Assembly: GCA_000004985.1 (NCBI GenBank)
Contig: GG738876.1
Origin: Naegleria gruberi
Taxonomy: Eukaryota
DNA length: 64,000 nucleotides
Reading direction: 5' to 3' (one strand)
The first letter of the stretch is position 1. Every line of letters starts with the position of its first letter. The notes beneath the pieces were generated by a model, which made no database searches, was not told the DNA's origin, and saw only the letters and a list, made by a program, of their open reading frames with translations. Below, one piece after another: positions 10,683 to 20,679 of this stretch. The translations under genes were made by a program, and so were the position numbers.

Positions 10683-11729
10683 ATGTCTATAAATTCCTCA
10701 ATAGTAAATTCTGCTGTTGTTGACAGTCCTCCTCGTCGTTGTGTTGATTCTCCCTCTTCATCTACCACATCAATATCAACATATACCGATAATAGTGATG
10801 AGAATAACTGCTTATTTCTCCCTCTTCGACCATCTCCAACTAGTCCACCTCAAAAATCTCAAGAGCAGCATCATGTTGAACCACATGCAAATAACAATTC
10901 CTCAACTGTTATAGAAATATCGGATGCTGCTACCCCAAACATGATTGTTTCTTCTCCACATCTTGAACCATGTAAATCTAGCTCATCACTCAATAGTACA
11001 ACAACAACATCAAGTAGTGGAACCATTTCATCTCAACAAGTTGGGCATGCCGAAGCAAGCAGTACACTAGCAGCAACATCTTTCCTTACATTCACTCCTC
11101 AGAATGCAGAAATCATCAAGCCAAAACGAACCAACAAGGCATGCACAGCTTGTAAATCTGCTCACAAAAAGTGCTCAAATACACGACCATGCACAAGGTG
11201 CATTTCCTTAAACAGAGAGGACAAGTGTGTAGACATGGACTCTGGGAGAAAACGAGGCAGGAGGGCTAATACACCTCGATCTGGAGGGTTACTAGTACAT
11301 AATTATGATCCCCATAATCCTTTTGTGTCTGGAAAGCCAAATACAGTTGTGTTTTCATTGCAACATGCAATTAATGAGGATCCTGGGAGCCATCATAAAC
11401 CATCCAAAAAGGTAAAACAAATTCCAACCTTACATGCTCCTGACATGTCCAATAATAATAATCATCATGCAACAAATGAACCCATAGGGCATGTAGATGT
11501 ACCACATGCTACTAACATGTTAAATCACACAAACATGCTTTATCCAACCTCTCATCATTTTTCAACACCATCTCATCATACTGATAATTTATCAACACCA
11601 TATCAGCATGCATCTCATTCTACCTCATCAACAATTCAAACAAGTCAAAAAACTCTTCCATCCATTAATGAATTAACAGAATGCAAAAATATTCTGTCGA
11701 ATTCTCAATCAGTTTTTTACCATCAATAA
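10683..11729 (+). CDS. Zn(II)2Cys6 binuclear-cluster (GAL4-type) transcription factor.
   Basis: 'CTACKSAHKKCSNTRPCTRCISLNREDKC' follows CX2CX6CX5CX2CX8C and is followed by the basic 'GRKRGRR'. The track start at 10542 is a TTG; the first ATG in frame is 10683 (MSINSS...). The protein is S/T/N/H-rich. Confidence 0.7.
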   Translation: MSINSSIVNSAVVDSPPRRCVDSPSSSTTSISTYTDNSDENNCLFLPLRPSPTSPPQKSQEQHHVEPHANNNSSTVIEISDAATPNMIVSSPHLEPCKSSSSLNSTTTTSSSGTISSQQVGHAEASSTLAATSFLTFTPQNAEIIKPKRTNKACTACKSAHKKCSNTRPCTRCISLNREDKCVDMDSGRKRGRRANTPRSGGLLVHNYDPHNPFVSGKPNTVVFSLQHAINEDPGSHHKPSKKVKQIPTLHAPDMSNNNNHHATNEPIGHVDVPHATNMLNHTNMLYPTSHHFSTPSHHTDNLSTPYQHASHSTSSTIQTSQKTLPSINELTECKNILSNSQSVFYHQ

Positions 11730-11758
11730 CATATGCATGCATTTCAAAGTATTTTTGC

Positions 11759-12904
11759 TTAATCAACCATATCAAAACTCTTTGAATTTTGCTGCTTGGA
11801 AACAAATCTCTCCTCATCGAACCATGTAATGGAATTATAATTTTCCATAGTTTTCATTGGAAATTCTTCAAATTGAGCAACATCATCGAAAACAACCCTA
11901 GTCTTTCCTGATTTTTCAACTCTAATTTCAATATCAAAATTTGCAAATGTACCACTGAATATTACTACATCCTTGCTCATGTCAAAAAGTTCTGTGAGTT
12001 TCTTGGAAATTTCGCATGAATATGAAAATGCATACCATATCTTGGCTTGTTCCAAAAGTGACTGGTGGAAATTCTTTCTTTCAAATACATTCCAATCATT
12101 CCAACCAATGAATTGTCTAAAATTTTTAGCATCCTTTCCAGAACATTGAGAGTATTCATCCAAAAGATAATTGATATATTTTTGAATAGCTTCTCTAGCT
12201 CTATTCAGGCATGTGTATCTCACAAAGAGTGCATATCTTTCTGGCTTGTCCATTGGAGAAAAGAGGAATTTACCTTTCGAATTTCTATCATATTTCAATT
12301 CTGGTGGAATAATTTCCCTTCCTTCCTTTTCCACAGAAAATTTCACTCTTCTCGAATCTTCCTCATCTTCCATTTCCTCTTGCTGTTGAGAAGAGTCCAT
12401 AAAATCACTCGTCCCAACATCAATCCTAAGCTTTCTATAAAAATACAATTCATTTTCCAATTCGTATTGCTCCTTGAATTTTGCAGAGAACTTTTCCAAC
12501 ACAAAATCTTGCCACGACTTGGAAACATAAACCATACACTGCAACAAATCTTTCAATTCCAAAAATTGGCTAATCAAATTCATTATCAATGAATTCTCCA
12601 AATATTCATTCCAATTAGCATCCACATATATCGAATTTGCAATTATTTTGTACGAATCCTTCTTCTCTCCAACATTTCTCCTAGTTGAAAATTGATTAAA
12701 AGCAATCTTTTGATTTCTTGATGATGTATCAGTCTCATTCTTGGCCGAAAGGATAGATCCCTTCCCAATGACCTTCCGATTACTAACCCTCTTCTTCTCA
12801 TTCCTATCTTGTTGCTGGTGATGAGAAACGATCAACATTCCCTCACCATCATCCAACTCAATGAGTGCAGGCATTTTTTTGCTATTCGGAAATTGTTTTC
12901 TCAT
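11759..12904 (-). CDS. Hypothetical protein with an F-box-like segment.
   Basis: ATG at 12904, continuous 381 aa. 'LISQFLELKDLLQCMVYVSKSWQDFV' resembles an F-box. An acidic stretch is present. No other domain is recognised. Confidence 0.45.
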   Translation of the reverse strand: MRKQFPNSKKMPALIELDDGEGMLIVSHHQQQDRNEKKRVSNRKVIGKGSILSAKNETDTSSRNQKIAFNQFSTRRNVGEKKDSYKIIANSIYVDANWNEYLENSLIMNLISQFLELKDLLQCMVYVSKSWQDFVLEKFSAKFKEQYELENELYFYRKLRIDVGTSDFMDSSQQQEEMEDEEDSRRVKFSVEKEGREIIPPELKYDRNSKGKFLFSPMDKPERYALFVRYTCLNRAREAIQKYINYLLDEYSQCSGKDAKNFRQFIGWNDWNVFERKNFHQSLLEQAKIWYAFSYSCEISKKLTELFDMSKDVVIFSGTFANFDIEIRVEKSGKTRVVFDDVAQFEEFPMKTMENYNSITWFDEERFVSKQQNSKSFDMVD

Positions 12905-13042
12905 TGAACATGAAGAAAACTAATAGGATATTCAACAATGTTATCATTACATCAAATAAATTAATTGATTTTGGGTGTGAAACTAATTTTCATTATTATT
13001 TGAAAATTGAAATTTAATTTTGTATTTAAAAAAATAGAAAAA

Positions 13043-14440
13043 ATGGACGGATTGATCGGAAGAGATTTAATCACAATTGAAGTTGAAATGTTGAGAGCCT
13101 TGTATCCAGAGGAAGAAGGTCTTTTAAAAGTTGATAATTACTTGGATTCGGAGGATTATAATGAAGGGAAACCATTGAAACTTTTTATTACAATTTCTCC
13201 AAGTACTGGATTGGACGATGCGACACAATTTGTATCATTGCAAATTTGTTTTAATATTTCAAATCTTGATGAGTATCCATCATGTTTGTTGAAGGAGGTT
13301 AGTTCGAATAGAAAAGGATCGAGTGAGGATCAAAATTATTTTATATCAATTCCTTGGAGAAGAGGTTTATCCGAAGTTCAATGTAATTACATGCTTTCCT
13401 ATTTGTATAAGAAGGCTCAACAATTAATTTCCGAATCAGAGGATTTTTCATGCTCTCCACCTGTTTATAATTTATTAGAGGAAGCGAGAGAATATTTGAA
13501 CAATGAAAATGCAAGACAATTGGAGGTTAGCAGATGTTCTGTTTGTTTGGATGGATTTTCTGGAAGTGAGGCCTTTATCAAATTGCCATGTTATCATATT
13601 TTCCATACCAATTGTTTGAAAACTTGGTTTTATCACAAGTGTAGAGACAGATATGATCGTTATTTGGTATTGATGGATAGAGATGACAGAGGTGTGACAA
13701 GCGGAGGTGAAGAAACACCAACTCAACCAGAAAATGAACCACTTTCAGGCTCTGATTCTCCAATTGTATTTGATGCATCATGGAAAGAAAATATTCTCAA
13801 TCATGATTCTATTTTCACTTGTCCTATTTGTTTGGTCACTATTCCAGTAACAGTTGTGGAGCAACAATTGGAAGTTAAGAAGGATGATATTATCAATCAA
13901 TACAAGAAGGAGAAGAAAAAGGAAGATCTGGAACGAAAGAAGGAACTAAAACGGTTGCTTGCATTGCAAGAGCAACAAAAACCACAACCACCTCCTCAAC
14001 CAAAACCAGTTCCTGTCATCAACAAGGAGATACCAAAGAAAAAGAAGGAACAAAAAGGAGGATGGAATGGTAAATCTGAACTTTATGGCGTGGAAATTGA
14101 GGGTTTAACATATAGTAACAATAGTAACAATATTGGAGTGAAACAAAAGGAAAAGGTATTCACTGATTTGAAGGAAGTAGCCAGAGTGAGAATGACCAAT
14201 ATGGGAACAACAACTGGAAGAGGTCCAAGAAAAATCACCTTACTTGCTGAATTCGTTTCCCTCGAATTAGCAGAAAAATTCCAAAGAGAATTCAACAATA
14301 AGAGTATCTATGATGAAACTGTCACATGTTCCCTTGCTGCCATCCAACCCACAACGGCTAGCATTGAGAAGAGCAAACCAGCTTCAAGTAGCAGCTCGAC
14401 AAGTAATTCGAATGAAAAAACCAAAAACCAAGAAAAATAA
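13043..14440 (+). CDS. RWD-domain plus RING-H2 E3 ubiquitin ligase (RNF25-like).
   Basis: N-terminal RWD-like 'ITIEVEMLRALYPEE'. RING-H2 'CSVCLDGF...LPCYHIFHTNCLKTWF...'. A second C/H cluster 'FTCPICL'. Lys/Glu-rich coiled region. The real ATG is 13043 in an A-run; the track start at 13007 is a TTG. Confidence 0.7.
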   Translation: MDGLIGRDLITIEVEMLRALYPEEEGLLKVDNYLDSEDYNEGKPLKLFITISPSTGLDDATQFVSLQICFNISNLDEYPSCLLKEVSSNRKGSSEDQNYFISIPWRRGLSEVQCNYMLSYLYKKAQQLISESEDFSCSPPVYNLLEEAREYLNNENARQLEVSRCSVCLDGFSGSEAFIKLPCYHIFHTNCLKTWFYHKCRDRYDRYLVLMDRDDRGVTSGGEETPTQPENEPLSGSDSPIVFDASWKENILNHDSIFTCPICLVTIPVTVVEQQLEVKKDDIINQYKKEKKKEDLERKKELKRLLALQEQQKPQPPPQPKPVPVINKEIPKKKKEQKGGWNGKSELYGVEIEGLTYSNNSNNIGVKQKEKVFTDLKEVARVRMTNMGTTTGRGPRKITLLAEFVSLELAEKFQREFNNKSIYDETVTCSLAAIQPTTASIEKSKPASSSSSTSNSNEKTKNQEK

Positions 14441-14442
14441 AA

Positions 14443-15281
14443 ATGCTCAACACTTCAATTAGGAATTTATACTTGAATGCAAGAAAATCATCATCAATAT
14501 GTTTATCGATGAATAATAACAATAGATTGATGAAGAAACTCTCATCGGAATGTAAATGTTCCTTTTCGACAAGTATGAACAAATTACAGAGACCTATCAT
14601 TTCAAATCTAAATGCAAATTTACATACTCAACAACAACAACAACAAAATTCAACCTGTATTGTCATTCTCCCACAAACAAATAGAGGAAATTATATTTTA
14701 TTACGTGATGCTAATGGAAATTGTACACTTCCAAAAATTACACTTCCAAATAATTCGGAAATTGATTTACATAGAGAAATTGAAAATTTCTTATTAACTA
14801 GATGTGGACATGGATATGAATTATTGAAAACTGATCCTAAATTTCAAGTGGCTCAAGTGATATCCCCAGTTGTGGATTTTGATTTTACACATGGAAATTT
14901 AAATATTACTCACTATGTCTATCATGCTCAATCTCTGGATCAAACTGTTTCATTAAATGATTTGGATTTGGCAAATGGTGGCAAAAATTCTAAAACTCTT
15001 CACTTTATGTCAATTGTAGATATGGAAAAGGAATTGAATGATCCACAAATTATTAGAGATGTTGTCACAAGATATACTCTTTCGTTTTTAGTTTCTCAAA
15101 AGGTATGTTAAATTTTATATTACTGAAATAATTGTTATTGAAATATTTTGAATGGGACCAATTGAAAACTCTATAGATTAAGGAATCATTTGATATTAAA
15201 TTAGGAACTACCAGAATTATGTTTGCTACTGCTGGTATTCTCGTCAGCATTGTTGTTGGATTTATTGCTGGTCAATTTTAA
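14443..15281 (+). CDS. Hypothetical tail-anchored protein in two exons (14443..15102 and 15177..15281).
   Basis: The ORF ends '...SQK' followed by GTATGT. A 74-nt intron (15103..15176, ending TATAG) joins in phase 0 to 'IKESFDIKLGTTRIMFATAGILVSIVVGFIAGQF*', a C-terminal TM helix. The N-terminus is basic and Ser-rich, like a presequence. The ATG at 14443 lies only 2 nt after the upstream stop, so the true start may be a downstream ATG. Confidence 0.45.
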
Positions 15282-15430
15282 ACAAAATTAATACCCAAAT
15301 AAATTAATCAAAATGAAATGGAATCAATTTTCAACAAAACTGACCTCATTCATTACATTCAACAAAATAAACTCTCTGAAACATTGTAAATAAAACAATG
15401 TAACCAAATAAAGGCTCTGTAACACAGTGA

Positions 15431-15461
15431 CGCCAACTTTCAGGGGGGCGGAAAGTTGGTA
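15431..15461. other. GC-rich hairpin in an AT-rich intergenic region (8-bp perfect stem CCAACTTT/AAAGTTGG around a CAGGGGGGCGG loop).
   Basis: Perfect 8-bp inverted repeat with the G-rich loop 'caggggggcgg'. The G6 run is unusual for this sequence. Confidence 0.3.
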
Positions 15462-15843
15462 TCAGCCCAGCGAAAATGTTGAGATTCTTCAAAGTGATTC
15501 CAAGTTGATATATGTTTTTACAATCAATATAGAATGCTAAACTACAATCGCTTCATAACTTATCATAAAATACTTGAATTTTACTATTATTGATTTAAAT
15601 ATTAAATAAATAATCTATTTTAAGAGAAATTAAACAAACTAGTCCATTCTGGGACGAACATAATATATAATAATATTGTATAGATTTTATTGCATTATTA
15701 TATATGTTAATAGATTACTTGTCCTGGAATAATTTGTTTTTATGAGGCAGATGTTGTGAACAAGTAAATTTCTTATTTAAATTTTGAGCCATAAAAATAT
15801 TGACTGATTAGGAAGTTTCAAAAACAATAAATATGGTGAATTA

Positions 15844-15940
15844 AAAAAATAGCTATCCTCAAATCATTTTAAATTGTATTTACTCCAATATTTGAAGATA
15901 TGAAACATTTTAACCTTTCTTTCGTGGTAGCTGCGTAATT
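15844..15940. repeat. Intergenic direct repeat, copy 1 (~97 bp).
   Basis: 'aaaaaaatagctatcctcaaatcattttaaattgtatttact...ctttctttcgtggtagctg' is about 85% identical over the first 47 nt to copy 2 at 16028..16124. Both share the 3' block 'tttcgtggtagctg'. The copies are direct, 184 bp apart, in a 1.2-kb ORF-free gap. Confidence 0.5.
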
Positions 15941-16027
15941 TTAAAAATCAGTGTTTTTCGCTTGGTTGTTACTTTACTATTTTGAGGTTGATAACCAACA
16001 TTCGTTCTTGAGATATGAGCAAAAACA

Positions 16028-16124
16028 AAAAAATAGCTATTCTCAAATCGTTCTAAATCTTGTTTACTGTTAAAAAAGACGATTTAATTTAAATAATTCT
16101 ACCATTTCGTGGTAGCTGATTACA
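16028..16124. repeat. Intergenic direct repeat, copy 2 (~97 bp).
   Basis: 'aaaaaaatagctattctcaaatcgttctaaatcttgtttact...accatttcgtggtagctgattac', aligned to 15844..15940. Confidence 0.5.
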
Positions 16125-16352
16125 AAGTTTAATAGTGTATGAATTCATTGAGTTACTTTTCTTGCTGAAAAAAATGTCAAACTCAAAAATAAACTACAGA
16201 TTACAAAATATTTGTTTATTGTTCATTTTTTCCTTTACTCAACATTTTTCTTCACTTTCTGCCCCCCTGCCAACTTTTGAGACAATTCTGAAAATGATCA
16301 TCAAAATAAAATTGAAAAAACTATTTTTAAAAAATCTTTAAACTTTTAAAAA

Positions 16353-17287
16353 ATGTCCAAGGATTTTAGTATTGTCAAATTTAAGAAGGGCGAGGCAACC
16401 TTTGAAGTGTTGGTTAAGCCAAATACAGTGATTGCTCATCGTGAGGGAAAGATGGGAGTTGATGATGTTATTTATACTGATGAAATTTTCTCCAATTATG
16501 CCAAAGGTGATAAAGTTAAAGATGAATCATTAAAGGCTGTTTTCGGAACAACAAATGTTAAAGAAGTTATTACCAAGATTATTGCTGATGGTGAATATCA
16601 CATGTCTACTCAAGAACGTAAAGAAAAAGTTGATCAAAAGAGAAAGCAAATGATGTAAGTAGTAGTTTAAAATTATAATATGAATTTTAATGATGAATTT
16701 TCATAATAGTTACTTTATCCATCAAAATTACATTGATCCAAAGACTAATATTTGCCATCCTCTCACCCGTATTGAAAGTGCTTTGGATTCTGTCAAATAT
16801 GTAGGTTTTTATTGACCAGACTGTGATGATTTTAATATTTGATTTTAATATAGAATATTGATCCATTCATGCCAGCTGATAAACAAGTTGCTTCCATTCA
16901 CAGCAAGTTGGTTGAAAAGATTCCATTGAAAAAGTCACAAATTGAAGCTGAAATTGACGTCAAGCATCACGTTGCTGGTCAAGGTATGTTTTTATAATGA
17001 GAATGATAATAACAATTCAATTACATAATGAATTACAATATTAATTGAATCTATCAGCTCTTGGAACTTGTCACAAACATGCCAAAGTCGTTGGCCAAAA
17101 CTATACTGATACCGGTTGTACTATTAGTATTGAAATTTGTCCAGGTGAATATGACAAGCTTATTAATGAATTGAACTCATCCACAAAGGGAGATTTCCAA
17201 TTCAGAATTGCTGGTGCCTCAGCTAGTGTTGAAGCTTCCGAATCAAGTGATTCTGGTAAGAAGAAGAAGGGTGGTAAGAAGAAGTAA
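16353..17287 (+). CDS. SDO1: Ribosome maturation factor SBDS/Sdo1 in four exons: 16353..16654, 16710..16800, 16854..16983, 17058..17287.
   Basis: Exon 1 'FEVLVKPNTVIAHREGKMGVDDV...KEKVDQKRKQM' matches the SBDS N-domain. Introns: GTAAGT..AATAG (55 nt), GTAGGT..TATAG (53 nt), GTATGT..ATCAG (74 nt). The phases are consistent. The joined protein is ~250 aa and ends 'CPGEYDKLINELNSSTKGDFQFRI...GKKKKGGKKK'. Confidence 0.85.
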
Positions 17288-17842
17288 ACCGAATCGATCA
17301 AAACCCCAATCCTTACTACCTTCAAAAATTGAAATAATCACAAATTACTTATTGAGATTATTTAATGATACCAAAATTATTACATTACATTGAATAAATT
17401 TGGTATCATTACGATACACTATTTACATTATTAAAAAGTTTTTTATTGATATCACTAAGGTTGTTTCCTTCTTGATATGTGTCAAAGTTGGAGTCAAGTC
17501 CTCTTTAACTCGTAGCATTGTGGTGGCCTTCCAATTTCATAAGATGATAAATATAAGGAATTTCTTTGGTTGACTTTGTACTCTTGTGTTCACACTACCG
17601 AATTTAATTCAAATTAGTTGTGCATTGGAAAAATTGCCAGTTGTACAATTTCTGAGAAACTCCCAAACACCCTTGTTTGGCGAGATGAAAACTGTTCAAG
17701 CACAGGCTACACAACCAAACTCCAAAACTTACATTTTCGATCATGTTCTTCTCTGTTCTCCGTTTACAATCTCAAAAACTACAACAACAAATGGAAATAA
17801 ATTTAAGGTGTGTGCATAACCAAATTGACTATACGAAAAAAA

Positions 17843-18820
17843 ATGATTTCAAAGGTGGCAATTCTTGCCTTGCTTTTTGCATGTTGCATGTTGATGATTG
17901 CTTTTACTCAAGCAACATCACCTGCTGGTTTGAGATACAGATATGTTGAAAATTTGAAGGAGGAAGAATTGGCTGATGAAGTTTTTGATCTTCTTGCTGA
18001 TAAGCTTGCTCATGTAGTTTCATCTAGTCAATCTCGTACTGGTTCTTACAATCCTGATACCAAGTCTCATGGAAAGGCTTTTGTTGTTACTCCAGGCATG
18101 AAAGGTGGAAACTATAGAACTCATTCTGATAAAGCATTTGTCATGACATCTGGCATGAGAGGTGGAAATTACAGAACAAACTCTGATATTAAAGCCTTTG
18201 TTATGACTCCAGGCATGAGAGGTGGAAATTACAGAACCAGTTCTGACAAGGCATTTGTCATGACATCTGGCATGAGAGGAGGTAACTATAGAACAAACTC
18301 TGATATTAAAGCCTTTGTTATGACACCAGGTATGAGAGGTGGAAATTACAGAACAAACTCTGATATTAAAGCATTCGTCATGACACCAGGTATGAGAGGT
18401 GGAAATTACAGAACCAGTTCTGATAAGGCATTCGTCATTACATCAGGAATGAGAGGAGGTAACTATAGAACAAATTCTGATATTAAAGCCTTTGTTATGA
18501 CACCAGGTATGAGAGGCGGAAATTACAGAACCAGTTCTGACAAGGCATTCGTCATGACATCTGGCATGAGAGGTGGAAATTACAGAACAAACTCTGATAT
18601 CAAAGCCTTTGTTATGACACCAGGTATGAGAGGAGGTAACTATAGAACCAGTGCTGATAAGGCATTCGTCATGACTTCTGGTATGAGAGGTGGAAACTAT
18701 AGAACTAATTCTGATAAGGTTGCTTATGAAGTAACTCCTGGAATGAGAGGTACAATTGGTCACACTACCTATAATCCAGGTACAGTTAACCATGGAAAGG
18801 CCTATGTTGTTAGAAAATAA
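17843..18820 (+). CDS. Secreted tandem-repeat protein of unknown function (signal peptide plus 12 repeats of 19/20 aa).
   Basis: The real ATG is 17843 (MISKVAILALLFACCMLMIAFTQA, a signal peptide); the track start is a GTG. The body is 'KAFVMTPGMRGGNYRTNSDI'/'KAFVMTSGMRGGNYRTSSD' alternating 12 times. Confidence 0.6.
   Translation: MISKVAILALLFACCMLMIAFTQATSPAGLRYRYVENLKEEELADEVFDLLADKLAHVVSSSQSRTGSYNPDTKSHGKAFVVTPGMKGGNYRTHSDKAFVMTSGMRGGNYRTNSDIKAFVMTPGMRGGNYRTSSDKAFVMTSGMRGGNYRTNSDIKAFVMTPGMRGGNYRTNSDIKAFVMTPGMRGGNYRTSSDKAFVITSGMRGGNYRTNSDIKAFVMTPGMRGGNYRTSSDKAFVMTSGMRGGNYRTNSDIKAFVMTPGMRGGNYRTSADKAFVMTSGMRGGNYRTNSDKVAYEVTPGMRGTIGHTTYNPGTVNHGKAYVVRK
18074..18740 (+). repeat. In-frame coding tandem repeat, ~117-nt (39-aa) double unit x ~5.5, nearly identical at the nucleotide level.
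   Basis: 'ggcatgagaggtggaaattacagaac(a/c)a(a/g)(c/t)tctgat' recurs every 57/60 nt. Only a few synonymous or S/N/T changes separate the copies. Confidence 0.7.
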
Positions 18821-19006
18821 ACATCATTACAATTCCACACAACAAACAACCCAAATATTACATTGGCAAAGAACATAAATGGTAATTAGTTGAGTTCATT
18901 CAATTATCAACAATCACGTAGCATTTATCTAAGATTATTCAATACTACTATTGGAGTCATTCATGTGGATATTTACATTATTTACATAATATCTATGGAA
19001 TTCATT

Positions 19007-20235
19007 TTAGAAATGGACAACCTTACAATGCACAAGCTCTGAAACAGAAGGACAATATGGGCACTTGAACTTTGGAGCGCTTCTTGTGGTGGAGAGGATT
19101 TTCTTTACAGAAGATTCTGCTAGCACATGATTGCAAGGAAGCAATAGTGGAGGATTTTCTGGAGTGGTTTGTTCTTTTGTAACTGGACATGAAAATATAG
19201 AATGATATTGGAATTCGTCATCCAAATCAATCTCAATAGCTAATTGTTCTGAAGATGTCCTTAAATCCATTCCTTGTGTCACACTAGCCAATTTGATCAA
19301 TGTAGGCACAGCTTGATAACCTGCAGTAATGGAAACATAAAGAGGAGATTCCATAGCTTGGTTGATTCTTCTACATCCAATTTTCTTAAATAATCGAAGT
19401 ACTTCAGTCCACAGTGATTCATCAAGTAAAGGTCTATATCTTTCAGATTTGAGTAACTTGTCTCTTCCAGAGTAAAGAATGCTTCCCATTAAATATTTAA
19501 TTTCCTCAATATTTTGATCGGAGAAGGATTGTAAATTATCTCTAGCATATTGAATAGCCTTCTTGGAATCATTCTGTACCAGTAATTCAACATATTGAAG
19601 CTTGTGCAATTGAAATGCTAACATCCTCAAATCTCTAAATTCTTTTTCATCAACTTTATCATGATTCCGAGCCTTTTCAATGTGACAATTACACCATTCA
19701 AGGGCTCTACTAATTTCCTTTCTTTTAAGAGATTGACTAATGGCATTCAATTCTCTAAATTGTTCCTTAAAATCATTAGAGACTGTAACACCAGCCTCCT
19801 TTTCGAATAATTCTCCAACATCTGTATTTCCTTCTCTGAAAAAGTGTTCAGCAATAATTTGATTGATTATATCCTCAGAGAGTTTCACCTTGTCTTGAAT
19901 AATCTTCTCCTGATCGGGAGGGAATTTTTCATTAATTGTTTTTCCAAATTTCGAAAGTTGTGAATGAAACTCTTTATGAGCCTGTTGAAATTTAGTATGA
20001 GTGTTTTTAATATGAGTAATAACATCCTTTCCAATATCTTTTATGCTCTTTCCTAAAGAGTTTCAATTTTTGAAACACATTATTTAAATAACTAACCTTC
20101 ATTTTGTATTTGATTTTTACAACTCTCAACATATTCAATTAAATTATCAATCTCCGATGTGAGAATATTAATGGTGGTTTTTTGCTTTTTGGAGGCTCTT
20201 TCATAATTTTCCACCAAATCTGAATCAGTTTGCAT
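19007..20235 (-). CDS. GID/CTLH-complex subunit, MAEA/Fyv10(Gid9)-like, with LisH-CTLH-CRA and a degenerate C-terminal RING. Two exons: 20235..20097 and 20052..19007.
   Basis: ATG at 20235 'MQTDSDLVENYERASKKQ...'. Intron 20096..20053 (GTTAGT...TTTAG, 44 nt, phase 1). The C-terminal 'CPVTKE...PCNHV...KFKCPYCPS...VHF' matches the MAEA/Fyv10 RING-like end. The CTLH/CRA helices lie in the middle. Confidence 0.75.
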
Positions 20236-20679
20236 AATGTTATTTTTTATTGTTTTAAAAATAAAATTATTGATGATTGTAAACTTTCAGTAAGATATAA
20301 GATTAATCTCTGAGCAATGGGTAATCTATGTTGCTATTAGGATTTAAATTTATTAGTATTTGAATCACAATTTTAAAAATTAGAAACAAATTGAATCTTT
20401 TCCGATACCTCAATCAAACTCCTTCTTTTGCCTTACGATATATAACAATTCCATCAAGATGAAGCATAATTCCTCCTTCATTTTGTACGCACAATCAAAA
20501 ACTCACATTTACCTCACTAATAAAATTCGTGTTCGTCTATCATTGCAAGGACGATCTTAATAGAACGCGGACCTTTCTTCAACTCTTAGATGATAAAAAT
20601 AGCTCGCAACAAATATTTTATCAGAATCATTTAAGAACGGAAACGCGAGAAATTATTTTTTTCAATTCAATCAAAAAAA

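Noticed and set aside
14612-14797. Interpreting the 14443 gene as a Nudix hydrolase because of 'LPKITLPNNSEIDLHREIENFLL'.
   Set aside because: The Nudix box spacing (E-x7-REUxEE) is not met; here it is E-x4-REIEN. The gene is left as hypothetical.
15844-16124. Interpreting the 97-bp direct repeats as C/D or H/ACA snoRNA genes or tRNA fragments.
   Set aside because: No convincing C box (RUGAUGA) plus D box pair, no H/ACA hairpin-hinge-hairpin, and no full tRNA cloverleaf could be drawn. They are kept as an unexplained repeat.
18074-18740. Regular ~57/60-nt tandem repeats that could be mistaken for a CRISPR array.
   Set aside because: The repeats sit in frame inside a signal-peptide-containing ORF of a eukaryotic genome. 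No unique spacers separate identical repeats. This is a coding tandem repeat.
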